Assembly (NCBI RefSeq): GCF_009914755.1 | Contig: NC_060932.1 | Strand: one strand, 5' to 3' | DNA length: 64,000 bases | Source of the DNA: the human T2T-CHM13v2.0 reference genome, Homo sapiens | In this document: positions 1-15,304 of the stretch, in pieces | How positions within the stretch are numbered: the stretch's first letter is position 1 | Layout of the letters: every line of letters starts with the position of its first letter | Notes under the pieces: model-generated | The model's input: the letters and a program-made list of their open reading frames with translations, nothing else | Database searches by the model: none | Told to the model about the DNA's origin: nothing | Translations under genes and position numbers: made by a program

Positions 1-130
1 CATTCCAGTTAGTTAACATTGAAGCATCCTTCTTGGCAATACACATTCTAAGTCAGTTAGCCTTTGAAAACCTAATCAGAAGCCTACAGACTAGCGGTGC
101 TATTAGAAGGATGTGCTTATGTCATTGCAG

Positions 131-240
131 TCGTGGTTTCACAGGTGTGTACTTATCATCAAACTCGTCAAATTGTATAAATTAAATATATAGCTTTTCT
201 TTGTATGTCAATCATACCTCGGTAAAGTGGTTTGAAAAAA
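131..240 (+). mobile_element. Old L1M (L1MC/MD-like) 3' end fragment
   Basis: ggtttcacaggtgtgtacttat...caaattgtata...tgtatgtcaatcatacctc..taaagtgg-A-rich end resembles L1M 3' termini. Confidence 0.55.
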
Positions 241-1767
241 CGATTCAACTTTCTTCGTGAATGATCAACACTAGAGAGTTTATTAATTAGTATGAGAGTT
301 GTTAGACATAATTTTTAAACTGGTGAAATGAACGGGTCCAAGAACTTGAATTGGCCAGATGGATTGTAAGGCCTCTGCCATTGCATGAACGCATTATAAC
401 AATCCATTGATGAAATTACTCTGTTTCAGAATAAATTTGTCAGAGTATATAAAAGAAAAGAGAACAGAAATGTTATTGAGCTAGTACAGTTAACTTACTT
501 TTTTTTTCTTTACAGCTTTACTAATAAACATTTGAATATCTGACCAAATTTGCTCAGAGACTAGCTTTCTGGGAATATGACAGCCGGTAGAAAGACCCAA
601 AGGGGAGACCTTGCACACTCACCAAACTCCAACCATTAAAAGCTACTTGTAGTTAACCCAAAATCTTTTAACTGTGAGCAACCACGTGGGCTAATGTTGA
701 TTAAGATATGCCCTTCAGATTCCCTGTGAACTTCGAAACTTGCAAAAATCCTAGCAGTTGAAGTACATGATAACTATCAGAAACATTTGCCAAGAAGTAA
801 AAAAATGAACTATATGATTTACGCTATATTAAGTGAGCTATGAATTTTCTAAAATCAACTAATAGCTTATATGCAAGCAACAACTATCCTTCAAATGAAT
901 TAGGTTCCCAAAATGTAATTGTATATGGGTCATTGAAATTCAACACCTTGTATTCATATAAATATTATTGTGAATGGTGGTTAAGTATCTTATTTAGGCC
1001 ATGAACCTGCCTAACATGATGTAAACAGAAATACTACAGCTACAAAGACAAATCAGCTCATTTAAGAATCTAACTACTAAATAATACCAAAATATGTAAG
1101 TCTTGATGAAGAAGAATAATTTTATTTATTTGAGTAATTGAATTCATTTATTTGAATATGAGCTTAAAAATATGGAGGATAGGATTTCTAAAAATTCTGG
1201 GCAAATTTGTGAGTTTAAATGTTGAGGACACTTAAAATTTTCTTTATAGAAAGTTTGAGTTAGGTTGCTTGGATGTTCAGAAAAGTAACAAACTAAGCAG
1301 GGAGATAGAAGTTCTTAAAATAATTGGATAAAACATGAAGAAGATGGGGAGGACTAAATTAGCTAAGGGGAATGCATATAATTATGGAAGAAAACATTTA
1401 CCTGGGATGATATTAACTTAGCTATAACTAGAGGTAAAATGTTGAGAGAAAAAAATAAAAATGAAATAGTATGGTTTGGGTGATTTATCCTGAAAGAGAG
1501 AGAAGGGAGGCGATTGTGATAGAAAAAAACCTTCTAGGGAATAGATTTCTAACCTCATCACGAGGGCACGGTTCGCTGAAGACAACTGGTTGGTCCTTAG
1601 CAGCTACACCTGAGATCCCTGAGCCATGGGGCAGCAACATGCAATGGTTCTCACCCTTTGAATCTTCATTTCTATTGCTTTATGTTTATAAGTCACAGAT
1701 TTTCAATACATCTGTAGCACAACTTATTGTCTGCTCTCAAAACCTCAACTTTAAAATCTGGGGTCTT

Positions 1768-2133
<366 letters not shown>

Positions 2134-2317
2134 TCATTTAATATAGACTTGAATTATAATTCATGAATCAAATTTCAATCATGTTCCTGAGAGAGTAACT
2201 AAACAATGCAAAACAAAATGAAGTAATAAAACCCTATTCTTACACAACTAACGTATGAACTAGTGCTAGTCCTTGCTTTAAAACATAATATAACACGGAA
2301 AGAAGGAAGTAACTTCA

Positions 2318-2525
2318 GTAATTGAGTACCTACTACGTGCCAGACACTGTAATGAGGATGTTCTTTATGCTGTCTGTCTTATTTAAATTCTGTGAAGACG
2401 ATATTATTTTTTCTCCATTTTACAAGCAATGAAAACAAAAGCCAGATACATAATATAAAGCATGGACAGTCATAGAGTGAGTAAATGGTGGTTCTTGCAT
2501 TCAAAACTCAGACTCTGTGCCATTA
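2318..2525 (-). mobile_element. MIR
   Basis: attgagtacctactacgtgccagacactgt...ccattttaca matches the reverse MIR core. Confidence 0.65.
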
Positions 2526-3184
2526 TGCCATACCACTTCTCAATCTACTAAGTTCTAACAGGTATCATATCTAAAGGAGGAAAAGATGTGTCACACTTAA
2601 CATCAGAAGACAGGAGAATCAGTCACTTTTTAGATTTATCAAGTTGAATTGCAGGAGGATGGCAGTTGTTGAATGCTGTGTCTGTCATTGTTGCCAAATA
2701 CCATGGCCAGACAAAAGTTCCATTCTAAATGATCCAATCATCCAATAGAGATAGAAGCTGGTCCTGTCATAAACCAGGCTGGGAGCAGGCTCTACACCCG
2801 CTAACCAGCAGTGCCATTGTTGCTGATATCAAAGTTTCTATAAAGCCCATAAAGATCATGCCAATCTGAGAAATCACATGCTAAAGGAAATCATTAATGC
2901 ACCAACAATTCTAGTATATTTTTTTTTCCAAGAGAAGGTGCTAACATCCAAAACATTGGCCAAATGCATTTCATATTTGTAACTGTCTTGTGTTTACTTG
3001 AGCACAAGTAAAATCTTTCCATATGTACTGACGGGAGCCAGTTTTGATTTTCTGTTTATCTCTGAGTTTGCCTTCTGGGAAAAAAAAAAGACAGGTTTCT
3101 TTTCTATCATCAAAGGTAGTGATTATAGGAAATCAAATCCAAAAGTTAATAATAGGAATTCATTGCTACAAGTATGTATTGAAT

Positions 3185-3380
3185 GATGCTCATTCTGTCA
3201 ACAAAGGTGTATTAAGCACCTATTCTATACAAATCCCTCTGAGGATACAAAAAGAAAAAGATGGACTGTGCCTTAGAGAATTCCAGACTGCAGAAAAAGA
3301 GATGAAGACATTCACACACAAATAACTCTAATAGTGGGAAGAAATAAAATCAGCCTCATAAAAGAAGTACACATAAAATC
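3185..3380 (-). mobile_element. L2 3' end fragment
   Basis: cattctgtcaacaaaggtgtattaagcacctattctatac resembles the reverse L2 tail. Confidence 0.5.
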
Positions 3381-3399
3381 TAGCCTATTTGGTGTACTT

Positions 3400-3615
3400 G
3401 GAGTTTAAAAGGCAGTGCATGGGTTTTGGGGTCCAAAATATCTGAGTTAGAATCCTGGCTTGGACATTTATTATGACATTGGGTACACAATCATGCTGAA
3501 TCTCAATTTCCTGTGTGTAAAATGGTTCCAGTGGCACCTATTTCACAGTCTAAGGTTTAAAGGGCAAAATGTATGCAAATTGCTTAATGCAGAGCTAGGC
3601 AGAAATTGCTGTTAT
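3400..3615 (+). mobile_element. MIR
   Basis: gaatcctggctt...ctcaatttcctgtgtgtaaaatgg MIR core. Confidence 0.55.
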
Positions 3616-3873
3616 AAAGCATGAAAAGATTCTTTTATGGAAAAGTTTCATGAAAGAAGTGACACTTAAACTGGGTCTTGAAGCTGGATGGAAGAAATGA
3701 CATTATCAAAAGAGCAGAGATAGGAGAGCACACAGTACATTAAGGGAACAAAGCGGCTTAATTTCTTAGGAGTGGCATAATGATGCAGTAGGAACAGTGA
3801 GAACTAAAGCTAAAGAGATGGCTGGATTGTTAAGGTGTATTAATTTGAATGTTGGACTAAAGGACTTTAGACC

Positions 3874-4201
3874 TGGAAGTTTCCAAATGATAGCCTATAG
3901 GTCAAACCCAACCTGCCACCTGTTTTAGTATGGCTCATGCATAAGACGGGTTGTTATATTTTTTAAAAGTTTGGAAAAAAATAAAAAGAATATGAACATT
4001 TCATGAAATTCAAATTTCAGTGTTCATAAATAATGTTTTGTTTGAATGTAGTCAACTCATTTTTTAATATATTGTCTCTGGCTGCTTCAGCACTACAATG
4101 GCAGAAGACAGAGTTGAGTAGTTGCAACAGGCATCATCCGGCCCCCAAAGCTAAGGATATTGGCTATCTGATCATTTATGGAGCAAGTTTGCCAATCCTT
4201 G
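3874..4201. mobile_element. MER58-family hAT-Charlie MITE (MER58B-like)
   Basis: atgaaattcaaatttcagtgttcataaataa...gagttgagtagttgcaacag...aagtttgccaatcct. Confidence 0.75.
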
Positions 4202-5398
4202 ATTGAGAAGGTCTCTTGTAGGCAATGGGTCTACACTACAATTAAGGTTTTTGAACAGGGAGGTAATGAGCAAGGAGATGTTTACCAAATTAAATTTGCA
4301 GTTGAATTTGAGAAGAGAAGGTCAAGAGTCTGTGACACTTCAGATGCAGGTGATATAACTGGCCAAGAATGAGGGTAGGAAGAATAAAAAAGAAGGGGAC
4401 TGTTGTATTATAGAAACACTTAAGGCAGCCGCAAGCCTGGTCATTCTCTATTTCTGTGTGTCTCATGTCAGCATTTTCAATTCAATTTAAAAGCCTATAT
4501 TATATATTAAAATCTTTCATCCACAAAACACCTACTCAGAGAAAGAAAGTGGGAAAGAATTCTGTTTACCCAGGGGAAGAAAGGACCCTAATGGGCTTAG
4601 TGGCCTAGCTGGGAGCAGCAGGTTTATGATAATGGCCCAAAGCAGAGGGAGGATTGGGAGATGCTCCAAGAGTTGAATTGTCTGGCATATTTCCTTCTGC
4701 ATATAAACTGGTACTAATCCTCTAGGCAGACGTGGTATCCTGGGCTGCCACCATCCATCTTTTTTCCCCATGGAACAAAAATGCTTTGTGAAAGGAGGAT
4801 ATTTATCTCTATGGAACTGGTATAACCCTAGATGAGGAGTGAGTATTTTGGGATCAGGCGCTCAACTAAAAAGAGCCCAGTAACTAGCCCAGCTCATCTT
4901 TGTTCCAGTGTTAAATATTTTAGAGACACCAGACACAGGGGCAGCATTAAATACAGACCATTATCAGTAGCAGACAGAAGAAATTAGAGAAAGCTTATCA
5001 GACCGAGGTGTTTTGTTTACCACTAGTCATTTAAAAAATTATATTTGCATTCCATACCTTTTGGAATTTTTAAGTACAACAGAGTTGCTTTCCCATGAAC
5101 AAATGATAATAATAAGATGAACTAAGTGTCACATCAATATTTATTATTGCACAGATATTTTTATTATATATTTATAACACGATTGACTTTCCTTCAAAGG
5201 TTTCTGTGGGCATAACATGCATGTGCATTGGATATCCTCTTACTTTCTGGACTTCAAATGCTGCATTTAGTTATTTTGATAAGTGCATTACTCTAGAACA
5301 AGTAACTTAATTTTTTTGTTGGGTAAATGTGGTTATCATGCAGCTCTGGAGGTGTAGTTGTACAAACTGATTGCTGGATTGTAAGGAAAAGAATTATC

Positions 5399-5751
<353 letters not shown>

Positions 5752-5865
5752 TTATCTGGTGATATGGCAAGTGGTTTTCTAAGTTGCAGAAATTAGCCTG
5801 TGGTTTTATATTTAATTTGTTCAATGCTGACTCTGCCATTTGCCAACCATTTGACTTTGGGCAAA

Positions 5866-6367
5866 TGTAGTGTACTCACTGATTGGCTATTTAGCCGCCA
5901 TCCCCCTTCTTCCCTCCTACAAGCACCCAGTGTTTGTTCACATATGCATCTGTCATGACTCAGAGGAAAGTGGTATCATTTCTAGCTCTGGGAATGGCCC
6001 TTATTGTTAGCATTCTAGCACATATGTCCTTGAGCAGCAGTTATTGATTTAGGAGTCATCTTATAACCTGCGTTGTCCTAGACATCTTGAAGAGAAGAAC
6101 AGATAGTTCATACCCAGGAGGAAGGAGCATTCTTCCCTATGCTGGACAGGAGAAAGGAAAGATTTAGCTCAGATTGTCACCATGACCCATGTGTATGAAC
6201 ATCAAGGGATACAGGTATAAGATGAAGCTGGCACTTAGGTCCTTGTATGACACCTAGGGAGAGTTCAGCCACTGTACTCTCAGTTGCAGGTGATAACGAA
6301 TATTTCCTTATGGATGGAGTTTGAATAGGGGCTTCAGTTACTTACAACCAAAGCATTCTAGTGGATG
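5866..6367 (+). mobile_element. Old MaLR LTR (MLT1K/L-like)
   Basis: Starts tgtagtg, ends cttcagttacttacaaccaaagcattctagtggat like MLT1 3' ends. Confidence 0.5.
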
Positions 6368-7529
6368 GTTAAAATGCCTTAAGACTAAGCTCACTCATCT
6401 TTAAGTATCTACTTCATAGGATTTTTTTGAGGATTGATGGAGAGTAAATAATTGATTTAGCAAACACTCTATTTTATATTCCCCTTAGTAGACAATATAG
6501 TTCTCAGACCGAATATTAGATACTTCATCATATTTGTTAATTCACAGTTTATGTGAAATCTACTCTATTTGCCAACTCTTCACTGGCTTTGTTTTGATTT
6601 TCTCTGTGTTTCTACATTTGCTTTAGTACGTTTACCAGATTAGAGAATCATGGTGTCAGCATCCGCTTTGAGAAATGAACACTCCCCTTACTTCCCAAGC
6701 CTCTTTCTCTTTTACTGCTTCTTCCATCTTTAAAATAAGATGGAAAACTAGGAAACAGAGGTTATATTATTTTTCTAGCTCTAGTGAAAAGGCTAGTCAT
6801 ATGAGAAGATAATTTTCACATTTTTTTTTGTTTGTCAGTGAGAATATTTTTACTTAGCATTGCTAGTTAGCAGCAGAGTTAACCCTACCCCCTATTTTTG
6901 GTCTTTAGTTTTGTTGGTCTGTTTTCCCACCTTATGGGGAAAATAAACCAATAAAACAATTCTGTGAGGATAGCTCTCACAATAAGTTATTGTTGGTTTT
7001 ACTAATTTGCAGAATGTGGTTTGTTGAGAGGGATATGTTAGTCTATCGTTTTTAGTCTCACCCTCTACATTTTTGAGCTGTTGTCTTTATTTTTTTTGCA
7101 TTAGCATTTCTTTATTAACCCACATCTGGGGCCTGATGGCGGGTGTGTAATTGTAATAATGTTATTACGTTTACTGGTGTAGGCCACAGGAGCCCAGGTG
7201 GCACAGTCTTGGATGATGTCTTTAATTGCTTTGTTAAATGATATATATTTTTTAGACCTTTCATTAAGTAAGTTCTCTTTGTGATGTGCTTGTAACAATT
7301 GCCCTAGGCCAGTAGATTTCAAAGTGCTTTCACTCTAGGGATGTTTAGAGGTGCTCTAGGGAGTCATAGAGAAAAATAAGGTAGAAATCAAAGTCGTGAG
7401 GCACCGGCTGGTGAATGCCTCCTAAGAACATATTTCAGCAGAGCCCTCTGATAGTCATCACCAGGGTATTGGAAGTAGATTGAAGATGAAGTATCTTTGC
7501 TAGTCTGAGTGTAAAATCATTTTTAAAAG

Positions 7530-7897
7530 TGCTATGGTCTGAATGTTTGCATCCCCTCAAGATTTGTATTTTGGTATCATAGCCCCCAAGGTATTAGGGT
7601 ATTAGGAGGTGGGGCCTTTGAGAAGTGAGCAGGTCATGGGTGGAGTCATCATGAAAGGGATTAGTGCCTTTATAAAAGAGGCCCAAGAGAGCTGTCTTGT
7701 CCCTTCAGCCATGTGAGCACACAATGAGAAGATGGCTTTTATGAATCAGAGAGGGGGCCCTCACCAGACACTGAATCTACCAGCACCTTGATCTTAAACT
7801 TCTCAGCTTCCAGAACTGTACTGTGAAAAATACATTTGTCTTGCTCTTAATCTACCCAGTTTATATTTTGTTATAGCAGCCTGAACAGACTAAGACA
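7530..7897 (+). mobile_element. MLT1A-type solo LTR
   Basis: TGCTATGGTCTGAATG...GACTAAGACA termini; 5-bp TSD AAAAG on both sides. Confidence 0.9.
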
Positions 7898-8424
7898 AAA
7901 AGGTATCTGGGTGTCTGATCAAAGTGAAAGCAAGAGTTCTAGATGGATAGCAAGAGCTGGAGAGGTCTGACTGTGGAGTTCTGACTGCAGGGGACAGCAT
8001 CTAACCCTTTTTCAAAATCGGCTTTGTGACAGGCCCTGCACTAAGCCTTTAAAAAACAGTATTTCATTCAGTCCTTATAACTACCTATGGGTGGGTATTA
8101 TCATCTCTCTTTAAGTTTTGGAGACGTAAACCAATGGGTTCAAGGTGATTCTGCTTGTAAATAAAGAGACAAAGGATAGGACTGCCAGGCTTCAAAGCTA
8201 CAATATGAGTTTTACAAGATCTCAACATGTTCCAAATATGAGGACTGGAGTTTGCAGGCCTCTACTCTCTGGAGTGAGAAATGAACAGGAGCAGTGTAGG
8301 AAATTGTACAATGCAATGGAGATATAAGGCACTATAAGGAGTTCAACTTAAACAGAGAAACAACTTGCTTATCTAGCAGGATTTAGAGGCTAAGAGTATT
8401 CTCAATTTCTTTTCTTTTAATATC

Positions 8425-9255
8425 AGTGACAGAAGCATGCTGATGTCAACTGGCCAAGTCGTTTTTGTCTATTTGGTTATTAAATGCCACATCCATGGTG
8501 AATGCTGTCATAGGCAATAACCTGCAATTAAAAGATAATCTCATATCCTGCCCCCCTGACATAGTCCCCATTCTCATGCCTCTTCTCCAGACAACTTAGG
8601 ATCTAATATTCCAATCTTTCTCCTTCCAGACCCCCGGCACACCAGCTATTCCATTTGCTTTCCTACATGTCCATATATTTCCTTACTTCAGGCCACTTCT
8701 CTTCTAATACAAAGTGGATGTCCAGGTTCATTGACCAAAGCTCTGTTCATTGGGCTAATTAACCTCATTACTATTCTCAGTGGCACCCCTCAATGGGTTT
8801 TGAGTTCAGCACCAATCCATTTTCATTATTCCACATACCAAGCCAACCCATCACTGAACCAAGCTTGGTCCTTTTCCTCCTTTGTCAGCTGGTCATAAAG
8901 TTTGAACTGATGAAAAGGCACCAGTGTAACAGTGGTGGGTAACATGGGAAAATGGGCCACATCCTCTTGGAGCTTACTTATACCTTATGAATATATTTGT
9001 CCCGATCCTGGATATACCATCCCATCTTATGATGGATCACTGTTGGCCTTCATGCACTTAGGTCTTTGTGAATCAATCTGGTGGAACCCAGCTCATGATA
9101 GGCATCTCTAGCCATATGGTCAGTCGATATCCCATGATTAGTTGCATGGTCTCTATTAGAGCCCATTAGCACACCAAGAGGTGCTCTTTGAGTGGTATAT
9201 ATTTCTCTGCTGCAAGTAGTCCACACAAAGTGGTAGACTTGGAATAAGAGGTCAA
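8425..9255 (-). mobile_element. ERVL internal relic (ERV3-16A3-like), pol connection/RNase H region, dead
   Basis: Minus-strand translation AAEKYIPLKEHLLVC*WALIETMQLIMGYRLTIWLEMPIMSWV and AWFSDGLAWY resembles ERVL Pol (YSPFEKQLLACYWALVET..MGHQVT; AWFTDGSARY). Confidence 0.8.
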
Positions 9256-9259
9256 AAAG

Positions 9260-10125
9260 GGTCAAATAAATGAGCATATGAGAATATATCTCCCTATACC
9301 AGCAAACCAACTAGTTTATTATGATTTTCAGGAAGGCTTAGAGCTCATCCTACTTACCAAAGTAATAAGAAACATGCTAGTGATACGGGCACCAGCATCA
9401 CTTGACAAGCTCAAAGGTGTCTGTCTTCTAAAAGTTACAGTTCTCATTAAGGGGTGCTGTTACAGAACTGGAATCCTTAATATCAATAAATATTGAAGTA
9501 TCCCCAAATAGTGGAAGCCAGTTAATAGCACTTAAGCATAAGAGGCAAGGTAAATGTAATTACTATTAGAGGTAGCCAAGGGAACCTGACCAATAGAGAG
9601 TTATGTGATGGTTAATAGAACACAGTGCTCCTAGTGGCAAGAGTGATCGGCAGACAAGTGAGTTTCTTAATTTATACCATTACAATAAATCATGAATTGA
9701 TAATCAGAAGACTGAAGACAACTCCACCAATTAAAAGTAATGGTTCTTTACCCCATTTCTGGTCCTGAGCCAGTTCTCAGTCTTAGACTACATTAACTGA
9801 AGGAGAGGCCAGGTCCTCCAAGGACAGACATTCCAACATCAGAGTAAGTGTATACAGTAATGATTCCCTTAGTTCCACAGTATAGGGACCTATGGCCTTT
9901 ACTTGAGTAACCATACATTGAAGAAATTGGAATATCCAGAACTTCTGAGGGCTATTAGACATATCGCAGCATATGGTACGATCATGGTTTATTGTTACAG
10001 TGAAAACATATGAGGACGAGGCTCTATATGAAGTCTTAGCCTGGGTTTATCTTCGTGGCCCCATCCATTTCAGAATGTATAATTGCAATGATCATACTTG
10101 GTAGTTGACAGAAATTTCATAATTC
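9260..10125 (+). mobile_element. ERVL internal relic, gag-protease region, dead
   Basis: QEGLELILLTKVIRNMLVIRAPASL resembles ERVL Gag; VTIH*RNWNIQNF*GLLDI (~9906-9963) resembles the protease motif VTVHWGKG..QTFRGLLDTG. Confidence 0.75.
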
Positions 10126-10985
<860 letters not shown>

Positions 10986-11029
10986 AATTCCTCAGTGTTT
11001 GTAACTGAGAGCACAGAAAAAATTCTCTA

Positions 11030-11302
11030 GGAAGCTCTGGAGCTTAGGCAGACCCTTCAGAGTTGACATAAATTGAGGCAAGTCGGCCAGGTGTATGTAT
11101 TTCCGTACCAGCCACTCATTGACTATAGACAGTTCCTTGGGAGGGAGTGTAACCTTAAGTGAGACAGTTTCTTGTGGCCAACGTCAATTCCCAATGAAGA
11201 AGAGAGCTGTGAATTCTTCATGCTAATATTCCCAACAGCTAAAGGCTAGGTGAGTTGGCCCTGCTAAGGGAATCTGGGTGCAGCAGCAAAATGTATTTTA
11301 CA
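11030..11302 (-). mobile_element. LTR16-like ERVL LTR, partial
   Basis: ctctggagct..acccttcagagttg..aattgaggcaag...ggaatctgggtg..taca matches the reverse of an LTR16C-type 5' half. Confidence 0.65.
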
Positions 11303-11687
11303 TAATGTCCTTCAATATATGCTAATTGCATTCCACCAGTGCTAGTTCATGATATATGAGCCAGTGCTGGTAGACAGGAAGAAATGGGCTCAGAGTAACA
11401 ATGTCTGAATTTCCATAGCAATTTATTTAAGCAACAGTTGGTACTTGTATATGCCTATTAGATACCTCAGGAAAGTAAGAAGGCTCAGACGCTGAGTTGG
11501 GATCTAGGGTAGAACAATAGTGGAGCAGGTAGCTACAGGCATACACACCTCTGGCATGCCATTTCCATCTGACCTCTTCCTGCTCTAAACTGGAAAAGAA
11601 GCATGGATCTTGTTTACATCTTTTGCCTTTATTCCTCATGTTCTTTATCCCAAAGCTATCCCTGGATGTGGAATGAAACTAACAACT

Positions 11688-11900
11688 TAAGGTAGTCAAG
11701 AATTACGCCTCTAGAGTCAGACAGAAACAGATTTTGGTGTTAACTCTGCCTTTTCCAGATGGGTGAACTTGGCCAAATTTACCAAAACCTGTAAGGCTCA
11801 GTCTTCCTATCTTAGCACTGCTGTGAGAATGATTTGAGTTATACTTATTATGGCATATAGGCCATGATTAGATTTTATTAAACATTAGTTTTATTCTTTC
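11688..11900 (+). mobile_element. MIR
   Basis: ctctagagtcagacag...aacttggccaaattt...ctcagtcttcctatc. Confidence 0.55.
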
Positions 11901-12094
11901 TACTATTATTAACATAACTGGGCAATTATTTTATAGCCTCTTCCTCTCATTATGTGACTCCAAATAAAATTGGGTTAAATAGAATTCCCAGGGCAGATTT
12001 AAAGAGCAAAAGTAGTTCCCAGAGAGCAACATATGAATGAGGAAAGAGTAGTCCACCCTATTTGTATAGAATGTTATCATAATCCATCATCATC

Positions 12095-12330
12095 ATTATC
12101 ACACTTACATAGCCTTGTCATATACCAGGCATGGTTCTAAATGATTTTAAAATGTTTTATTTTATAATCTTAATCACAAAATAATGAAGTAGAAACTATA
12201 ATTAAATTCCTTTTTAAAATTGAGATGTTGAAGCATCTAGAGATAAAGTAATTTGGCCAAGATCAGGTATTTATTAAGAGGCAGAGCTGGGATCCAACTA
12301 GGGCAGGCTGGCTCTGGAGCCCATATAGTT
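12095..12330 (-). mobile_element. MIR
   Basis: ccaggcatggttctaa...aagtaatttggccaagatca...ggcagagctgggat...gctctggagccc. Confidence 0.7.
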
Positions 12331-12776
12331 TATGATGCTGGTGGAAGAGGTTAAGGGGTTCACTGTCAATGTCACTGTGGACACTGCCAAGTGTCTACTC
12401 TTAGTGCAGGGATCTTCCACCATGTCTTGCAAAATAATTACCTCTGAAATTCTTAGCAAAAGGGCTGTGGGACCAGAAAGACAATGAATGTGGTGGGTCA
12501 GGGACAGTTCTGTGTGAGGCCTTGATGACAATCCTAACTGATCAAATAACCTCATATTTTTTTTAAAAAAGTTTTTACTGTCCTAAATAATAGCTCAAGT
12601 AAACCAACAGAAATGAGTCCAAATTTATCCTTTTTGAAAAATTACTCCTTGGGACCCAGTGTCTGAAGTGACTTCAAGGCCAAAAAGCGTGCAAGCAGCT
12701 GTGTCTTTCTCTCTATATAGGAACACTATTTTTAATTCCCCCCCCTTTTATTTCTTCCCTCATGAAATAGTTCTGG

Positions 12777-13097
12777 TGTCTTGGTCCATTTTGTGCTGCC
12801 ACAGCAAAATGCCCAAGACTGGGTAATTTACAAATGACAGAAATTTATTTAATAACAGTTTTGGAGGCTGGGAAGTCGAAGCCTCTGATGAGGATTTTCT
12901 TGCTGCATTCTCATGTGGTGAAAGGCAGAAGGGCAAAAGAAAATCAACTTCCTGTGTAAAGCTCTTTTTTAAGGGCCTATAATCTCATCTGAGGGAGAAG
13001 CACTTATGGTTTGATCTCCTCTTAAGAGCTCTACCTCTTAATACTATCGCATTGGCAACCCCTGAATCTTAGAGGGGACACATTCAAATCATTGCCA
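12777..13097 (-). mobile_element. MaLR solo LTR (MSTD/MLT1A-like)
   Basis: TGTCTTGGTCCATTTTGTGCTG...ATTGCCA; 5-bp TSD TCTGG. Confidence 0.85.
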
Positions 13098-13377
13098 TCT
13101 GGGAAGAAAGAGACTGAACAAATTGTTACATATTTGATGAATTAATAAACCACTATTGTCTGAATTGATATAGTAGAAAAAATTTGTATGCTTGACAATG
13201 TACAACAAGGAGATGGTAGATCTGGGGAAGTCTTCCTCAAGGAAGTAGCATTTAAGCTGAGATCTGAAGGTTGGTAAGACATTACTAGGTGAATTCACCC
13301 ATATATTGGAGTGAGAAAGAGAGTGGTATTTTTGAGAAAGTGCCTAGAATAGCTGGAATCTAGAGATGAAAAAACAA

Positions 13378-13728
<351 letters not shown>

Positions 13729-14379
13729 TTATATCATACCACAAGGAGCCTTTGGAAGTCATAAGAGTTTTTACCTTTATTGTAAGTGTTGGAAATCTAT
13801 GAAGGTGTTGTAAGTGAGGGGTTACTTTAAAAATATATCAGATTTAGATTTTTAGATTTTAACTATAGCTGCAATGTGAAGAATAGCCTGGAAGGAAACT
13901 AGAGAGGCTATGGAAGCCAAGTGAGGAGGCGATTAGACATGAACAAAATGACTTGGGTTACGTGGCATGGGCAAAAGTTGAGAGATTCAATAAACAGAGA
14001 TTCAACTTGATGATTCATTAGAGATAAAGCACAGGGAGAAGGAGGTGCCAATTCCAGCTCCCAGTTTTCTGGCCTGAGTAACTGGTTAAGAGATGGTGCT
14101 TGTTACTGAGATCAGTGGATAGGAGACAGAAGCAGATAGGAGGAGTAAATCATGACATTGTATGTCTTTCTCTATGAAAGAGATTGCTGTTAATGAGAAT
14201 TTCCATGTATTCAGTTCTACATTTTATTTGGATCTTCTTATAAAAAAGATATTCTGGAGCCTAAAAATGGAAATATTTTAAATCTCACGCTTTACGGAAA
14301 ATGGTAACATTTTGATGTAACAGGAGTAGAAACCATAAGTCATAAAATCACAGATGTTTATGACAAAAATGTTTGTATT

Positions 14380-15300
14380 CCCAAAAATTCCATCCTTGGC
14401 TTTCTGTTCTACATGTCTTCCTGGATAAGCATATCTCCTCCCATGTATTCATTATCACTTGCATTTCAGTGATTCCCAAAATGCTTATCTCTAACTTGAA
14501 AGTCTATTGTTAGATCCAGATTCTTCTATCAGCTGTCTACTTGGATGTTACTCAAAGTATCTTAACCTTAGCACGTCTACAAATGAACAAATTATCCTTC
14601 CCCATTTACTCTTCTGTGTTTTGTATGCAGGTGAAATGATTCGCCATCTACCTAAGTCCCTACACCAGAATCCCAAAGAATTCAAGACTCACCTTCTCTA
14701 TTTCACCAACTACATCTAATCAAGTCACCAAATCTTGTGGGATAAATTTCTTTATTAATATTATTATTATTATTATTATTATACTTTAAGTTCTAGGGTA
14801 CATGTGCACAACGTGCAGGTTTGTTACATATGTATACATGTGCCATGTTGGTGTGCTGCACCCGTTAACTCGTCATTTACATTAGGTATATCTCCTAGTG
14901 CTATCCCTCCCCCCTCCCCCACCTCAAGACAGGCCCCAGTGTGCGATGTTCCCCACCCTGTGTCCAAGTGTTCTTATTGTTCAATTCCCACCTATGAGTG
15001 AGAACATGTGGTGTTTGGTTTTCTGTCCTTGTGATAGTTTGCTCAGAATGATGGTTTACAGCTTCATCCACATCCCTACAAAGGACATGAACTCATCTTG
15101 TTTATGGCTGCATAGTATTCCATGGTGTATATGTGCCACATTTTCTTAATCCATTCTATCATTGATGGACATTTGGGTTGGTTCCTAGTCAACTTTCTTA
15201 AGTATGTTTTATCTTAGCTCCCTCCTTTCCATTCCTATTGTGATTATTATGTCCAAGGTCTTCACCATTTATCACCTTAATGACAATGAGATTTCCCACT
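14380..15300 (+). mobile_element. L2 fragment split by an L1PA insertion
   Basis: cagctgtctacttggatgtt..ctcaaagtatcttaacctta...atctaatcaagtcaccaaatcttgt; resumes after 15190. Confidence 0.55.
14751..15190 (-). mobile_element. 5'-truncated L1PA (PA5-PA7-like) 3' end
   Basis: attatactttaagttctagggtacatgtgcacaacgtgcagg; (TTA)n tail; TSD aaatttctt / aactttctt. Confidence 0.92.
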
Positions 15301-15304
15301 GATG

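Noticed and set aside
490-530. Acceptor-like T-tract-CAG followed by AATAAA (also at ~43130)
   Set aside because: The signal is too close to the acceptor for a plausible terminal exon; common by chance in AT-rich DNA.
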